A stretch of 64,000 nt of DNA from an uncultured virus (IMG/VR IMGVR_UViG_3300032138_000963) (IMGVR_UViG_3300032138_000963), one strand, 5' to 3'; shown: positions 18,527 to 27,533, numbered from the stretch's first letter. The notes: generated by a model not told the origin, from the letters alone. Made by a program: numbers and translations.

Positions 18527-19498
18527 ATGTCAGGCGAACTTGTAATCGGCGGCGGAATTGCCCTCCTCCTCCTTCTCGGAAAGAAGAAGAAGAAGAGCAC
18601 CAAGAAAACGAACGGCAACGGAAACGGTACGAACGGCAACGGAAACGGCACCCACGGCGGGTCCGAGCTGGACGATCCAACGGAGAAGAAGACTCCGGGC
18701 GGCGGAGGCTCCGGAGGCGGCTCACAGGGCGGAAGCGGCAAGGGTGGCGGCGTGCCCTCAAACCTCGCTCCCGACGCTGTCTGGGTGTCTCCGGACTGCA
18801 AGAAGGTCGTCTTCGGCGACGAGACCGGTGAGGCCTTTTGGACGAAGAAGGGGCTCCCCACCGCCCAAAAGTTCATTGCGGCCAACTATCACGATCCGTA
18901 CGAGGTCGCCAAAATGATGGTGCTCTCCATGGCTCCCTGCGTCGTCGAATTTCCCGTCATGGAGGACGGTTTCGATCCGATGGAAGAGGAGTTCAGGCGC
19001 GAGATGTTCAACAGGGATTTCAAGGACGTGTACTACCTTGTTCAATTCCTGCACGACAAAATCGCGGAGCTGATGGATCAAGAGGCGCGCCTCATCGAGT
19101 TCAATGATCGATGCGATGTCGTATTCGTCGGCGAGGACTGGGAGAGGTTCATCGCCAAGCGTATGGCCCGTTTCTACATCGACTACATGTATCCTGCGGC
19201 TACGAATTTCATGGATCACGAGGAGAGGTTCAAGGCGTGGCCTTTGGCGGACCCAAAGGAGGAGAACATGGTCTGGTGGGACAACGTCGCCACGGCGATC
19301 GTCAACCGAATGCATCCAGAATGTGGAATCGCAATCGTCGAGGCCGCCAAAAAGGAGCCATTCTCCGGTGCCTCATTTTTCGCCACCCGACCAGGTCTCA
19401 AGGCTATGTACTCATCGCTGGTGGATTTGGTGAATCAGACTCACGACGAGCAGCCTGGTGGTCTGGATTTTGAGAAGTTCGAGAACCTTCAGAGCTAG
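18527..19498 (+). CDS. Membrane-anchored protein, paralog of 16845..17945
   Basis: LVIGGGIALLLLLGKKKKK leader, NGNG linker, shared body. Confidence 0.8.
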   Translation: MSGELVIGGGIALLLLLGKKKKKSTKKTNGNGNGTNGNGNGTHGGSELDDPTEKKTPGGGGSGGGSQGGSGKGGGVPSNLAPDAVWVSPDCKKVVFGDETGEAFWTKKGLPTAQKFIAANYHDPYEVAKMMVLSMAPCVVEFPVMEDGFDPMEEEFRREMFNRDFKDVYYLVQFLHDKIAELMDQEARLIEFNDRCDVVFVGEDWERFIAKRMARFYIDYMYPAATNFMDHEERFKAWPLADPKEENMVWWDNVATAIVNRMHPECGIAIVEAAKKEPFSGASFFATRPGLKAMYSSLVDLVNQTHDEQPGGLDFEKFENLQS

Positions 19499-19539
19499 TT
19501 GACGCCAAGAGCAGAAAAAGGGAGAATCGGAGCAGGAAA

Positions 19540-20487
19540 ATGGGATCCCCACTGGTACCACTTGGATTGGCTGGAGCGGCCGTCGTGCTGCTTTCGTCAG
19601 GCAAAAAACGGAAAAAGAGCGTCTCAGGCGGGCCTTCTTCATACAATCTTCCGACCAATACTCCGATTCCTCAGGTATACGGAGGCGCCGCAGCGCCCTC
19701 TCCTGAGGCGACTGAGTCACAAACGGAGTGGGTGGATCGCCAAAAGGCGCTCCAGGCCATTTCGCAGATCGAATTCTTCACCAAGGATGGCGGCTCGGTA
19801 TCGCTGTGCTCGAAATGTCATCCAGGCGACGCCGATGGGAAGCCGGGCAAGAATACTCGAGCGGCGGTCAAGGCGTTCCAGGCGATTTCGGGGCTCAGCG
19901 TCGACGGCGAATGGGACGCCAACGAGGATCGTGCAATGCACAGAATCCTCACCGCCGTTGCGAATGAGTTGCCCATCAGCTGCGATCCCCTTCTTGGATA
20001 CCCATCCCCGTTCGCGTGCTTTGTTCACGGGGACGGATTCGCTCTGATGCTTGTCGAAGGAACAGAGGGAACAAAGCCTGCCCCAAAAGCGAAGCCGTCT
20101 CCATCGCCGGCCCCGGCCCCGTCGCCGTCGCCGTCACCGTCGCCGTCCGAGGAGCAAAAGGAGTTCGGGCCCGATGAGCTTTTGGTCGCCGACGCAGAGT
20201 GCAACTATATTCTGCATCAGGACGACAAATGGTTCACTGAGCAGCGGCGCCGCATGATCGAGTACGCGCTCGATGGAATGACCGACTCTCAGGCTGCGAC
20301 GGAAATCCACGAGTCCATGCTCGCGGATTACATTCCCCTGTGCCTTTCGCTTGGTCGAAATGGTGTAGGCTCTGGCGTTCGCCAGTTCTGGGATGTCAAT
20401 TTGGGCCATGTGGCATCGGGCCTCAAAACCTACGACCTACTTCCGGATCTACTCGAGGAAGACGCGATCAAGTTCGGTCTTCTCTGA
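19540..20487 (+). CDS. Membrane-anchored peptidoglycan-binding protein
   Basis: Leader; DGKPGKNTRAAVKAFQAISGLSVDGEWD. Confidence 0.8.
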   Translation: MGSPLVPLGLAGAAVVLLSSGKKRKKSVSGGPSSYNLPTNTPIPQVYGGAAAPSPEATESQTEWVDRQKALQAISQIEFFTKDGGSVSLCSKCHPGDADGKPGKNTRAAVKAFQAISGLSVDGEWDANEDRAMHRILTAVANELPISCDPLLGYPSPFACFVHGDGFALMLVEGTEGTKPAPKAKPSPSPAPAPSPSPSPSPSEEQKEFGPDELLVADAECNYILHQDDKWFTEQRRRMIEYALDGMTDSQAATEIHESMLADYIPLCLSLGRNGVGSGVRQFWDVNLGHVASGLKTYDLLPDLLEEDAIKFGLL

Positions 20488-20524
20488 TTCACCAATCTGA
20501 GTTCAACCAAAGGAGCAGACGAAA

Positions 20525-21175
20525 ATGGCTGGAAAAGGACTACCACTCATCCTCGCAGGAGGGGCCGCGCTCCTTTTGATGGGGGGCAAGAAGAAGAAGA
20601 GCACCAAGAAGGCGACGACGAACGGGAACGGGACCGGGAACGGTGCCACTCCGTATGAGGAGATTCCCGCCGGCGAGGAGCCGGAGCCGTACACTCCCCC
20701 GGCGCCCGCGCCCAAGCCGAAAAGCGATCCCACTCGCCCCGCTGGAAATCCTCCTCGCGACAACAACTACGACGGGGCCTACTGGGGATCCACGACCAAA
20801 GAGCGCCTCGAGGGGATTCGCCGGCACTTTGCGCAGCTTGGCTACCCGGTGGAAGTTGTCCCATATCCCATGAACATCCTCGGCCCCAAGGGGACCATGG
20901 AGATGCAGAACTACGATGGGACATCTGGAAAGCTCGGCGGAGACGACGATCAGCCAGAGCCAGTCGTGAGGGAGTTGCAACACGACTACAACCGGATTTC
21001 GAGGCTCAACAAGGCCGAGAAGTTCACTCAGAGCAGCATGGGCGGACTCGACACCGACGGCGCCGTCGGCCCGTACACGCTCAATGGTCTGCGTCACGCC
21101 AAGGAGGTCGAGAAAGCTTCCGGCAAGAGCTGGGATGACCTTCTCCTCATGGCAAAAAACAAGGGGATCGCCTAG
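20525..21175 (+). CDS. Membrane-anchored protein with PG-binding-like motif
   Basis: MAGKGLPLILAGGAALLLMGGKKKK; VRELQHDYN...LDTDGAVGPYTLNGL. Confidence 0.75.
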   Translation: MAGKGLPLILAGGAALLLMGGKKKKSTKKATTNGNGTGNGATPYEEIPAGEEPEPYTPPAPAPKPKSDPTRPAGNPPRDNNYDGAYWGSTTKERLEGIRRHFAQLGYPVEVVPYPMNILGPKGTMEMQNYDGTSGKLGGDDDQPEPVVRELQHDYNRISRLNKAEKFTQSSMGGLDTDGAVGPYTLNGLRHAKEVEKASGKSWDDLLLMAKNKGIA

Positions 21176-21194
21176 CCCGAACTCGAGGAACTAA

Positions 21195-21938
21195 ATGCCC
21201 GCCAGGAAGCACCATCGGGTTCTCGCTACGAACCCGCGGTCCAAAACCGGAGAGGCGGAGGTCGTCATACGAGGCAAGGCCAAGTACTACCTCATCATTC
21301 CAGTCGGTGAAGACCTCTTCGAAATCCACTACGGCGGCAAATACCTCGGTGAAAGCACATCCCTCTCAGGAGCCGAATCCTTCATTCAACGCGGCGGGGC
21401 TACCGCTCCCGTTCTGATCAAAAACCCAAACGGAGGCTACGAAATGTTCAAGTACAAAAGCCCTGGCAAGAAGACGGCGAAAGCCAACCCGAAGAAGAAG
21501 CGCAAGTCGACCAAGAAGAAGGCGACTCGCAAGAAGAAGTCCACGAAGCGCAAGAGCACCAAGAAGAAGTCGACCAAGAAAAAGTCGACCAAGAAAAAGG
21601 CTGCGAAGCGCCGTCCCGCGAAGAAGAAGGCGACCAAGCGCAAGTCGACGAAGAAGAAGTCGACGCGCAAGAAGAAGTCCACCAAGAAGAAGGCGACGAA
21701 GCGCAAGTCGACGAAGAAGAAGTCGACCAAGCGCAAGAGCACCAAGAAGAAGGCTGCGAAGCGCCGTCCCGCGAAGAAGAAGGCGACGAAGCGCAAGAGC
21801 ACCAAGAAGAAGTCGGCGACCAAGCGCAGGTCTACCAAGAAGAAGGTGACCAAGAAGGCGCCCAAGGAGAAGGTCTCCGTCGATCGAGCGGTGCGAGGTC
21901 ACATCACCAAGACGACCGGTCAGCGGCCGAACTGGTAA
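21195..21938 (+). CDS. Histone H1-like Lys-rich DNA-binding protein with xNP motifs
   Basis: ~130 aa of KKKSTKKK / KRKSTKKK repeats after ANP. Confidence 0.8.
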   Translation: MPARKHHRVLATNPRSKTGEAEVVIRGKAKYYLIIPVGEDLFEIHYGGKYLGESTSLSGAESFIQRGGATAPVLIKNPNGGYEMFKYKSPGKKTAKANPKKKRKSTKKKATRKKKSTKRKSTKKKSTKKKSTKKKAAKRRPAKKKATKRKSTKKKSTRKKKSTKKKATKRKSTKKKSTKRKSTKKKAAKRRPAKKKATKRKSTKKKSATKRRSTKKKVTKKAPKEKVSVDRAVRGHITKTTGQRPNW

Positions 21939-22019
21939 CGAATTCGCGCAGGAGCCTCCGGCTGCCCGGCTCCTTGCGCCTAACCAACAACTGAGAGCCG
22001 GGTAGCAAGGAGCAGAAAA

Positions 22020-22397
22020 ATGACGCAACAATACCAACAGAGGAACATCAACAACCCCGAGGGCGGTGGAACCATCGCCAACACCGTGGCCGATCCCGAT
22101 GCGGAGCTGACGGCTTCGGATGTCGGCAAGGTCGTTCGGTTCGATACGACCGAGGCGGCCGGGACGGTCACCTTGCCTCGGTCTGCCGAGGCGGGGGATG
22201 GCGCGGAGATCACGGTGATCTTTCCCGTCGGCGCAACCGGCAACCCGGGTACGCTCGCAGCGATCTCGTCGGGCACGCCTGACGTGCTCGTGGCGCCCGC
22301 CACTGCACCGGCAAATCCAGCGGTGAGCGACAACGCGAGTTTCATCGTTCGCGCTGACGGTGGATCGAACTGGTACATCGTAGCCGGCCTCGCGTAG
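22020..22397 (+). CDS. Beta-rich putative virion surface protein (MTQQY family)
   Basis: MTQQYQQRNIN; VTLP...G..ITV...ADGGSNWYIV resembles a module common in phage fibre/adaptor proteins. Confidence 0.7.
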   Translation: MTQQYQQRNINNPEGGGTIANTVADPDAELTASDVGKVVRFDTTEAAGTVTLPRSAEAGDGAEITVIFPVGATGNPGTLAAISSGTPDVLVAPATAPANPAVSDNASFIVRADGGSNWYIVAGLA

Positions 22398-22490
22398 CCT
22401 GCACCGCAGCCCCTCATCTGAGGGGCTGCTTCCCGCTCTCGAGATACTCGCGGTCGGGAAGCAGCCTTTCAACCCTTCAAGGAGAGCAAG

Positions 22491-23057
22491 ATGACTCAGC
22501 AATACCAAGAAGAAAGCATCAACGGGCAACCGTCCGCCCTCTCGTTGAGGGCCAACCCCTCCGCCCTACCAGCTGCCGGCGTCGTGGACACCGAGGCCAT
22601 TTTTTGGCCTACCCTGGCAGGCGATGCCGTCATCGTCGGCGATGGCTTGGCCGTAGCAGGCGACGCCAACGTGGGCACCATCATCGAGGTCGGTCAGCCT
22701 GGCCTGTATCAGGTCTCCCTGACTCTCGCCGACGGGACTCCTGGCCCGAACCTGGTCAACATCGTGCGCGGTGCCACCGTGGCCATCACGGTCGGCAACG
22801 GATATCCGGCGGCCGACTTTGTGACCGGCACTCCGTTGGGTGTCGAGATGCTCGGGTTCACGCCATCCGCCGCACCGCCGCCCTTCAACGTGACCCTCAT
22901 CTCGACTTTCCGCGTCACCGGTACCGACATCGCCAATGTGGGCACCAACGGCACCGTGAATCCACGTCGGCAGATTCGATTCTCCGCCGACGCGGCGGTC
23001 ATTCCTGCCCTATTCGCGCCTGGAACCCTGATCGACATTCAGCGCACCAGCCTCTAG
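22491..23057 (+). CDS. Beta-rich putative virion protein (MTQQY family)
   Basis: AAGGAG SD; starts MTQQYQEESIN. Confidence 0.7.
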   Translation: MTQQYQEESINGQPSALSLRANPSALPAAGVVDTEAIFWPTLAGDAVIVGDGLAVAGDANVGTIIEVGQPGLYQVSLTLADGTPGPNLVNIVRGATVAITVGNGYPAADFVTGTPLGVEMLGFTPSAAPPPFNVTLISTFRVTGTDIANVGTNGTVNPRRQIRFSADAAVIPALFAPGTLIDIQRTSL

Positions 23058-23078
23058 GGCACCCGATGTCGGGGAAGG

Positions 23079-23966
23079 ATGAAGCGTCCGATCATCACGC
23101 TGGAGGACGGCACAGAAGTTCTCGATACCACGGGTGACACCGACGCTTTCGAGCACGGCGGTGGGGTTCTCTTTCGAGCGCCCGGCCGCCGTGGCACGTT
23201 TTGGACCTTTTGGTCAGCTCGAGAATTGGGGGAGAAGAGCTACCGCGTCTTCACTGCTCCAATTCCGCCTGACGTGATCGAGTACTTTGACCCCGACCTG
23301 AACGAGATTGCGCTCGTCTCCGGCATCGATCTCCGCGAAGTGCGGAAATTGGGTCACTCAAAAAATCCTGCTGAAAGACTGCAACTGGTAATGGCTATTC
23401 GGGACTGCAGCGGCGCCTCCCGAGTGGATCCTAGTCATGAGCCAGAGATAATGTCCGTTCACGAGCTTTCTGAGCGTTGGGGGGCGGTGTTCGGCGTCGA
23501 CGCTGGCGACATCCCCATGGTGGACTACGAGGACTTCATCATTCGGGAGACGTCATTCAACGACTACGAATGTGGGAGCGTGGACGGCAAGTATTTGGGT
23601 CGCCACAAGGAGTACAAGCATGCGCTTTGTGCGATTGCGGATTGCATGAAGCAATGGGGCCGTGATCGTTCGAATGTGTTCCATGAGCATGAGCACGGAA
23701 AACTCGAGCTGGTGTCGTGGGATCCGGACACATTCGTCGGGAAAATCCCCAAGCGACGCGGTAAACTGCCTGAGTCACGCTGGCGCAACTCCATGAAGCG
23801 CTACGTGACCACCGAAATTCGCAGGAAAGGCATCGACAAAAAAGCGGAAGCACAGCGAAATGTCACCAAGGAGCGACGTCGGGCCAAGGCTCGCCTCGCC
23901 CAGAATGATCGCATCCGCCGCGCGAAGGATATTCGCCGGTCGATGGATGAAGTCTACGGAAGCTAA
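23079..23966 (+). CDS. Hypothetical protein
   Basis: 295-aa ORF, SD present, stop overlaps the next start. Confidence 0.75.
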   Translation: MKRPIITLEDGTEVLDTTGDTDAFEHGGGVLFRAPGRRGTFWTFWSARELGEKSYRVFTAPIPPDVIEYFDPDLNEIALVSGIDLREVRKLGHSKNPAERLQLVMAIRDCSGASRVDPSHEPEIMSVHELSERWGAVFGVDAGDIPMVDYEDFIIRETSFNDYECGSVDGKYLGRHKEYKHALCAIADCMKQWGRDRSNVFHEHEHGKLELVSWDPDTFVGKIPKRRGKLPESRWRNSMKRYVTTEIRRKGIDKKAEAQRNVTKERRRAKARLAQNDRIRRAKDIRRSMDEVYGS

Positions 23967-25897
23967 TGCGCCTGTACCACAAATACTATCGCCAGAAGAA
24001 TCCCGGCAAACGCCGGGCTTCGTTGCGTGGCGAAAGGAAAGAGGTTCATGGCGTCCTGATGAGAGCGCTCGAGAACCCGGGCAGCAAACGTCGGGGGAAG
24101 AACCCTCGCAAGCCTGGCGAACTGGTCGACACCTTCAATCTTCTTGGAGAGCTGAATCGCTACATCGACGAAGGGCATACGGAGTACATTCCCCTGAGGG
24201 ATACCGTAGCGGCGAAGATCGATGGATACCTCAGCGAGGACGCGCTCAACTATTCGCTATCCGAAGCGCTGCGTGACCTATCTGCGGCCCAGGTCCGCGT
24301 CGTTCGCCAGATGATCGCCGACGCCGGCGGCGAGGTGACCCCTGAGGAGCGACGTAGCATCGATGCTGCCGCCGCTCGCCATCCGACCGTCCGTCGTGCT
24401 CAGGCCCGTGTCGTCGCCGCTGAGAAGGCTGACGAGGCTTTCAGGCAAGCCCTCAAGCGGGGACAACTCAGCGACACTGAATTCATGGTGGGCCCCGAGC
24501 GCCTTGCCGCCATGAAGGAGCAGCAGCGCGGGGCAAAAGCTGAGCTTGGCGAGGAGATCTACCGCCCTGAAGATCCAAAGCTCTGGAAGAAGGTCGAGCA
24601 AGCGCTCGAAAAGAAGTTCCCCGAGCGGTTCGTTCCGACGAAGCTCAAGAGCCGCAAGCGAGATGAGCTTGAGCAGCTCATCAAAATGAGCCACAAAGAC
24701 ACCCCTGCCGCCGAGCGCAAGCGCATCAAAAAGCGCCTCCAGACCGCTCTTACAAATCGGTGGCGCTCAGCGATGATCCTTGCCTACGAAAAGATGGGCG
24801 GCCGGGAGATGACCCGCGCGGAGATCAAGCTGCGTGAGGCTCAGCGCATGAAAAAGCTGGGTGTACCGTTTCCGCTCGGCCCTGGATTCTACGGGGTTAT
24901 CCTTTCCCCGAAAAAGGGGAAGAGTGGATGTGTCTGGAAGTTGCTCGACAAGGACGGATTCGTCTATATGGCGGGGAAGTCTTCCGCGAAGAATGCGGCA
25001 TCCCGCGATGTTGCCATCGCATACCGGGTGCTCATCAATCTTGCCAAGCTTCACGATGACGCTGGATGGGACAACCTTCCCACCAACGACAGGCGATGGC
25101 TCGACGACAAGCGCCCTGAACTATCGAAGCGCGTCGCTCGTGTTTTGATGCAGAATATCAATGAACGCGTTCGCGTGACCAAGAGCACCGCTGAGTGGAT
25201 CGTGGCCGCGGCAGACGTTCCCAGATTCGAACCCGAAGCTGAAGGGGAAAAAGACGTGGCCCAAACATGCAGAAATATGACTCTCGGAGAGGAGCGAGTG
25301 TTCCCCGGAAAGAAGGGGGAGTACCACATTCACGTCAAGAAGGGGTCCCGAGGTAAGTTCACGTACTTCGTGGAGACGAGGGAAGGCAAAGAGAGTGCAA
25401 AGCGTCGCACGACCGACTGCAATGAGGTGATTCGTCGCGGACACCTCATTGGCGGCGCAATGACTGGCGCCCGCGAGGTTGCGAAAGCGATCTCGAATCC
25501 TGGCAAAATCAGACGCCTCAACAACTCTGCCCGAAAGTACTTCCGCCAGCAGAACCCGAAGATGCCTCGCCAGGCAGCTGACGAGGGTGATATTCGTGAG
25601 CTGACCGGAATGGTCGGCGTACCCGACAATCCCGAGGACGCTTACCGCTACGGGTTCTACGCCGGCATCATCCGAGGTATCGATACCTGCGGAGTCCAGA
25701 ACTACTTCAAGCGAAAGCGGATTCGAAACGAATTCCAAGATCGACTGCTGCACGCAGCAATGGAAACGACCGCTCGAGTGACGGGTACCCGGAGCGGGAC
25801 CGTTTCACGGAAGCGTAAAAAGGGCACGAAGACGGGATCTGTAATCGGAGACATTGATGCCGAGCTGGCATCCTATCTCGATGAAGTCGGTGACTAG
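23966..25897 (+). CDS. Large basic protein with multiple xNP motifs
   Basis: QKNPG, LENPG, GKNPR, ISNPG, QQNPK. Confidence 0.8.
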   Translation: MRLYHKYYRQKNPGKRRASLRGERKEVHGVLMRALENPGSKRRGKNPRKPGELVDTFNLLGELNRYIDEGHTEYIPLRDTVAAKIDGYLSEDALNYSLSEALRDLSAAQVRVVRQMIADAGGEVTPEERRSIDAAAARHPTVRRAQARVVAAEKADEAFRQALKRGQLSDTEFMVGPERLAAMKEQQRGAKAELGEEIYRPEDPKLWKKVEQALEKKFPERFVPTKLKSRKRDELEQLIKMSHKDTPAAERKRIKKRLQTALTNRWRSAMILAYEKMGGREMTRAEIKLREAQRMKKLGVPFPLGPGFYGVILSPKKGKSGCVWKLLDKDGFVYMAGKSSAKNAASRDVAIAYRVLINLAKLHDDAGWDNLPTNDRRWLDDKRPELSKRVARVLMQNINERVRVTKSTAEWIVAAADVPRFEPEAEGEKDVAQTCRNMTLGEERVFPGKKGEYHIHVKKGSRGKFTYFVETREGKESAKRRTTDCNEVIRRGHLIGGAMTGAREVAKAISNPGKIRRLNNSARKYFRQQNPKMPRQAADEGDIRELTGMVGVPDNPEDAYRYGFYAGIIRGIDTCGVQNYFKRKRIRNEFQDRLLHAAMETTARVTGTRSGTVSRKRKKGTKTGSVIGDIDAELASYLDEVGD

Positions 25898-25913
25898 AAA
25901 GAAGGACAGGAAA

Positions 25914-26291
25914 ATGACGCAACAATACGATCAGCCAGGAATCAACACTCAGCAGGCGAACATGATCGCCGAGAACACTCCCGATGGCGCAGTGCGCGAT
26001 GTCGTGCTTGGCGCGATTACGGAAGACGGCGATAGCCAGACCTTCCTCATCGATGGCGGCGGGTCCGATCCCGACGACGTGTCCACGAACAACTACGTGG
26101 TCGAAATCCGCGTAACCTTCACCCGAGACGCAGGAGTGGTCGCCGCAGGCGCATCGAATATCGCTCTCGACATACTTGGTGCCGCGCCGGTCTTCGCGTT
26201 TGCCGTCGATGGAGACGACTGCATTCTTCGAATCACCCCGCCGGCGAGTCGCTACACGCACCGACTGCTTTCGACGCCGATCAACTACTAG
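25914..26291 (+). CDS. Beta-rich putative virion protein (MTQQY family)
   Basis: Starts MTQQYDQPGIN; SD upstream. Confidence 0.7.
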   Translation: MTQQYDQPGINTQQANMIAENTPDGAVRDVVLGAITEDGDSQTFLIDGGGSDPDDVSTNNYVVEIRVTFTRDAGVVAAGASNIALDILGAAPVFAFAVDGDDCILRITPPASRYTHRLLSTPINY

Positions 26292-26294
26292 GCG

Positions 26295-26657
26295 ATGGCG
26301 AAGAAGAAGACCAAGGGCCGCAAATCGTCGAGCCTCAAGCAGGTTCCGGCGAAGGATTTCAGCATCGATTGGGATGCTGGGCGGAACACTTGCGTCTTCA
26401 AACACAAGAGTGGCAAGGGCGGAGAGCTTGGCTGCGGCGTAATGGACGTGGTGTCCGTGTACGCCAACGGAGGTCGGATATTCGCACTATCCGTCAACTA
26501 TCCTGCTCGGTACGCATGCCTCGAAGCGTTCACGAAGGAGGGGCTCGACGAACTCGTTTTCGCAGAGCCCAAAGACGTCAACGAAATGTTTGGACAGGAG
26601 TTCGCTTCGCATTCGCCAAAGGCGATTGCTGAACGCCTGTCCAAGGAACTCGGCTAA
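26295..26657 (+). CDS. Hypothetical protein
   Basis: Tightly packed 120-aa ORF. Confidence 0.7.
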   Translation: MAKKKTKGRKSSSLKQVPAKDFSIDWDAGRNTCVFKHKSGKGGELGCGVMDVVSVYANGGRIFALSVNYPARYACLEAFTKEGLDELVFAEPKDVNEMFGQEFASHSPKAIAERLSKELG

Positions 26658-26682
26658 GGTCGAAAACCAGGAGAAAGAAGAT

Positions 26683-27150
26683 ATGGCTGGAAAATCCGCA
26701 CTACCCCTCATCATCGGTGTCGGCGCTGCCGCGCTGCTGTTGGGAGGAAAGAAGAAAAAAACCACGAACGGGAACGGGAAGAAGCCCGCCGACCCCGATC
26801 CCGGAAAGCCCTTCCTCGACGTGGCAGATTGGGAAGCCTCCTCAGGAGGAGGGGCCGCGTCAAAGCGGGAATTCGACGCCGAGTGCAAGGGGATCGCCAA
26901 CAAGGTCGACCTTACTCCGGGCGGAGCCTACGACAGCTGGATCACGGGTCGATACTTCCAGTTGCTGGCTGAGGGGAATAGCCTCGAGCAAATCACCATG
27001 CAGCTCATGGTCGATCAGGGCGAGCATTGTCCTTGGGGAGATCCCTCCAAGTACACGCCGCTGATGAGGAAGGCGTTCGACGACACTCTCGACGGTGTCA
27101 CGCAGTTTCACGCGGCGACCGGCGGCAAGATCCCCGATTCCATGGGCTGA
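26683..27150 (+). CDS. Membrane-anchored protein (leader family)
   Basis: Starts MAGKSALPLIIGVGAAALLLGGKKKKTTNGNG. Confidence 0.8.
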   Translation: MAGKSALPLIIGVGAAALLLGGKKKKTTNGNGKKPADPDPGKPFLDVADWEASSGGGAASKREFDAECKGIANKVDLTPGGAYDSWITGRYFQLLAEGNSLEQITMQLMVDQGEHCPWGDPSKYTPLMRKAFDDTLDGVTQFHAATGGKIPDSMG

Positions 27151-27533
27151 TGGCGAAGAAGGGAAAGAGCAGCTTCGACCGGGACTGTGTATGCCCTGGT
27201 CGGACTCGGAGGGCGAAGGCTCGGCCTCGGACGATCAAGGGGCTCGTGAATGCGAGGCTCATGGCCTTCGAGTTCCCTGAGACATTCGAGCTACCTCCGG
27301 ATTCCCAGATTCGAAAAATCAAGCCCGGAGATCTCGTCAAGGTGGCGAGAAATGGTGAGCGTTTTTGGGTGCGCGTCGACGGATACGTGGGCCGGAAATG
27401 GCATGGGACCGTATCGAATGACCTTATTCGGAATGACGATCTCGAGCTTGGCGACAGCATTTTCTTCGCCAAAAAGAACATCTACACGGTGATGTTCTCG
27501 AAAAAGAGCGTGAGAGCCAGGCGGGCAGCATGA
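27150..27533 (+). CDS. DUF2314-like protein
   Basis: IKPGDLVKV...ERFWVRV.....GTVSND.....LELGDSI. Confidence 0.5.
   Translation: MAKKGKSSFDRDCVCPGRTRRAKARPRTIKGLVNARLMAFEFPETFELPPDSQIRKIKPGDLVKVARNGERFWVRVDGYVGRKWHGTVSNDLIRNDDLELGDSIFFAKKNIYTVMFSKKSVRARRAA

Noticed and set aside
21366..22529. Long reverse-strand ORFs rich in F/L/V that look like membrane proteins
   Set aside because: They are antisense shadows of the Lys-rich repeat gene 21195..21938.
4663..26760. Dispersed repeated leader DNA as a CRISPR array or DGR template/variable repeats
   Set aside because: The repeats are coding, degenerate mainly at synonymous sites and irregularly spaced. There is no cas or reverse transcriptase gene and no adenine-specific mismatch pattern.
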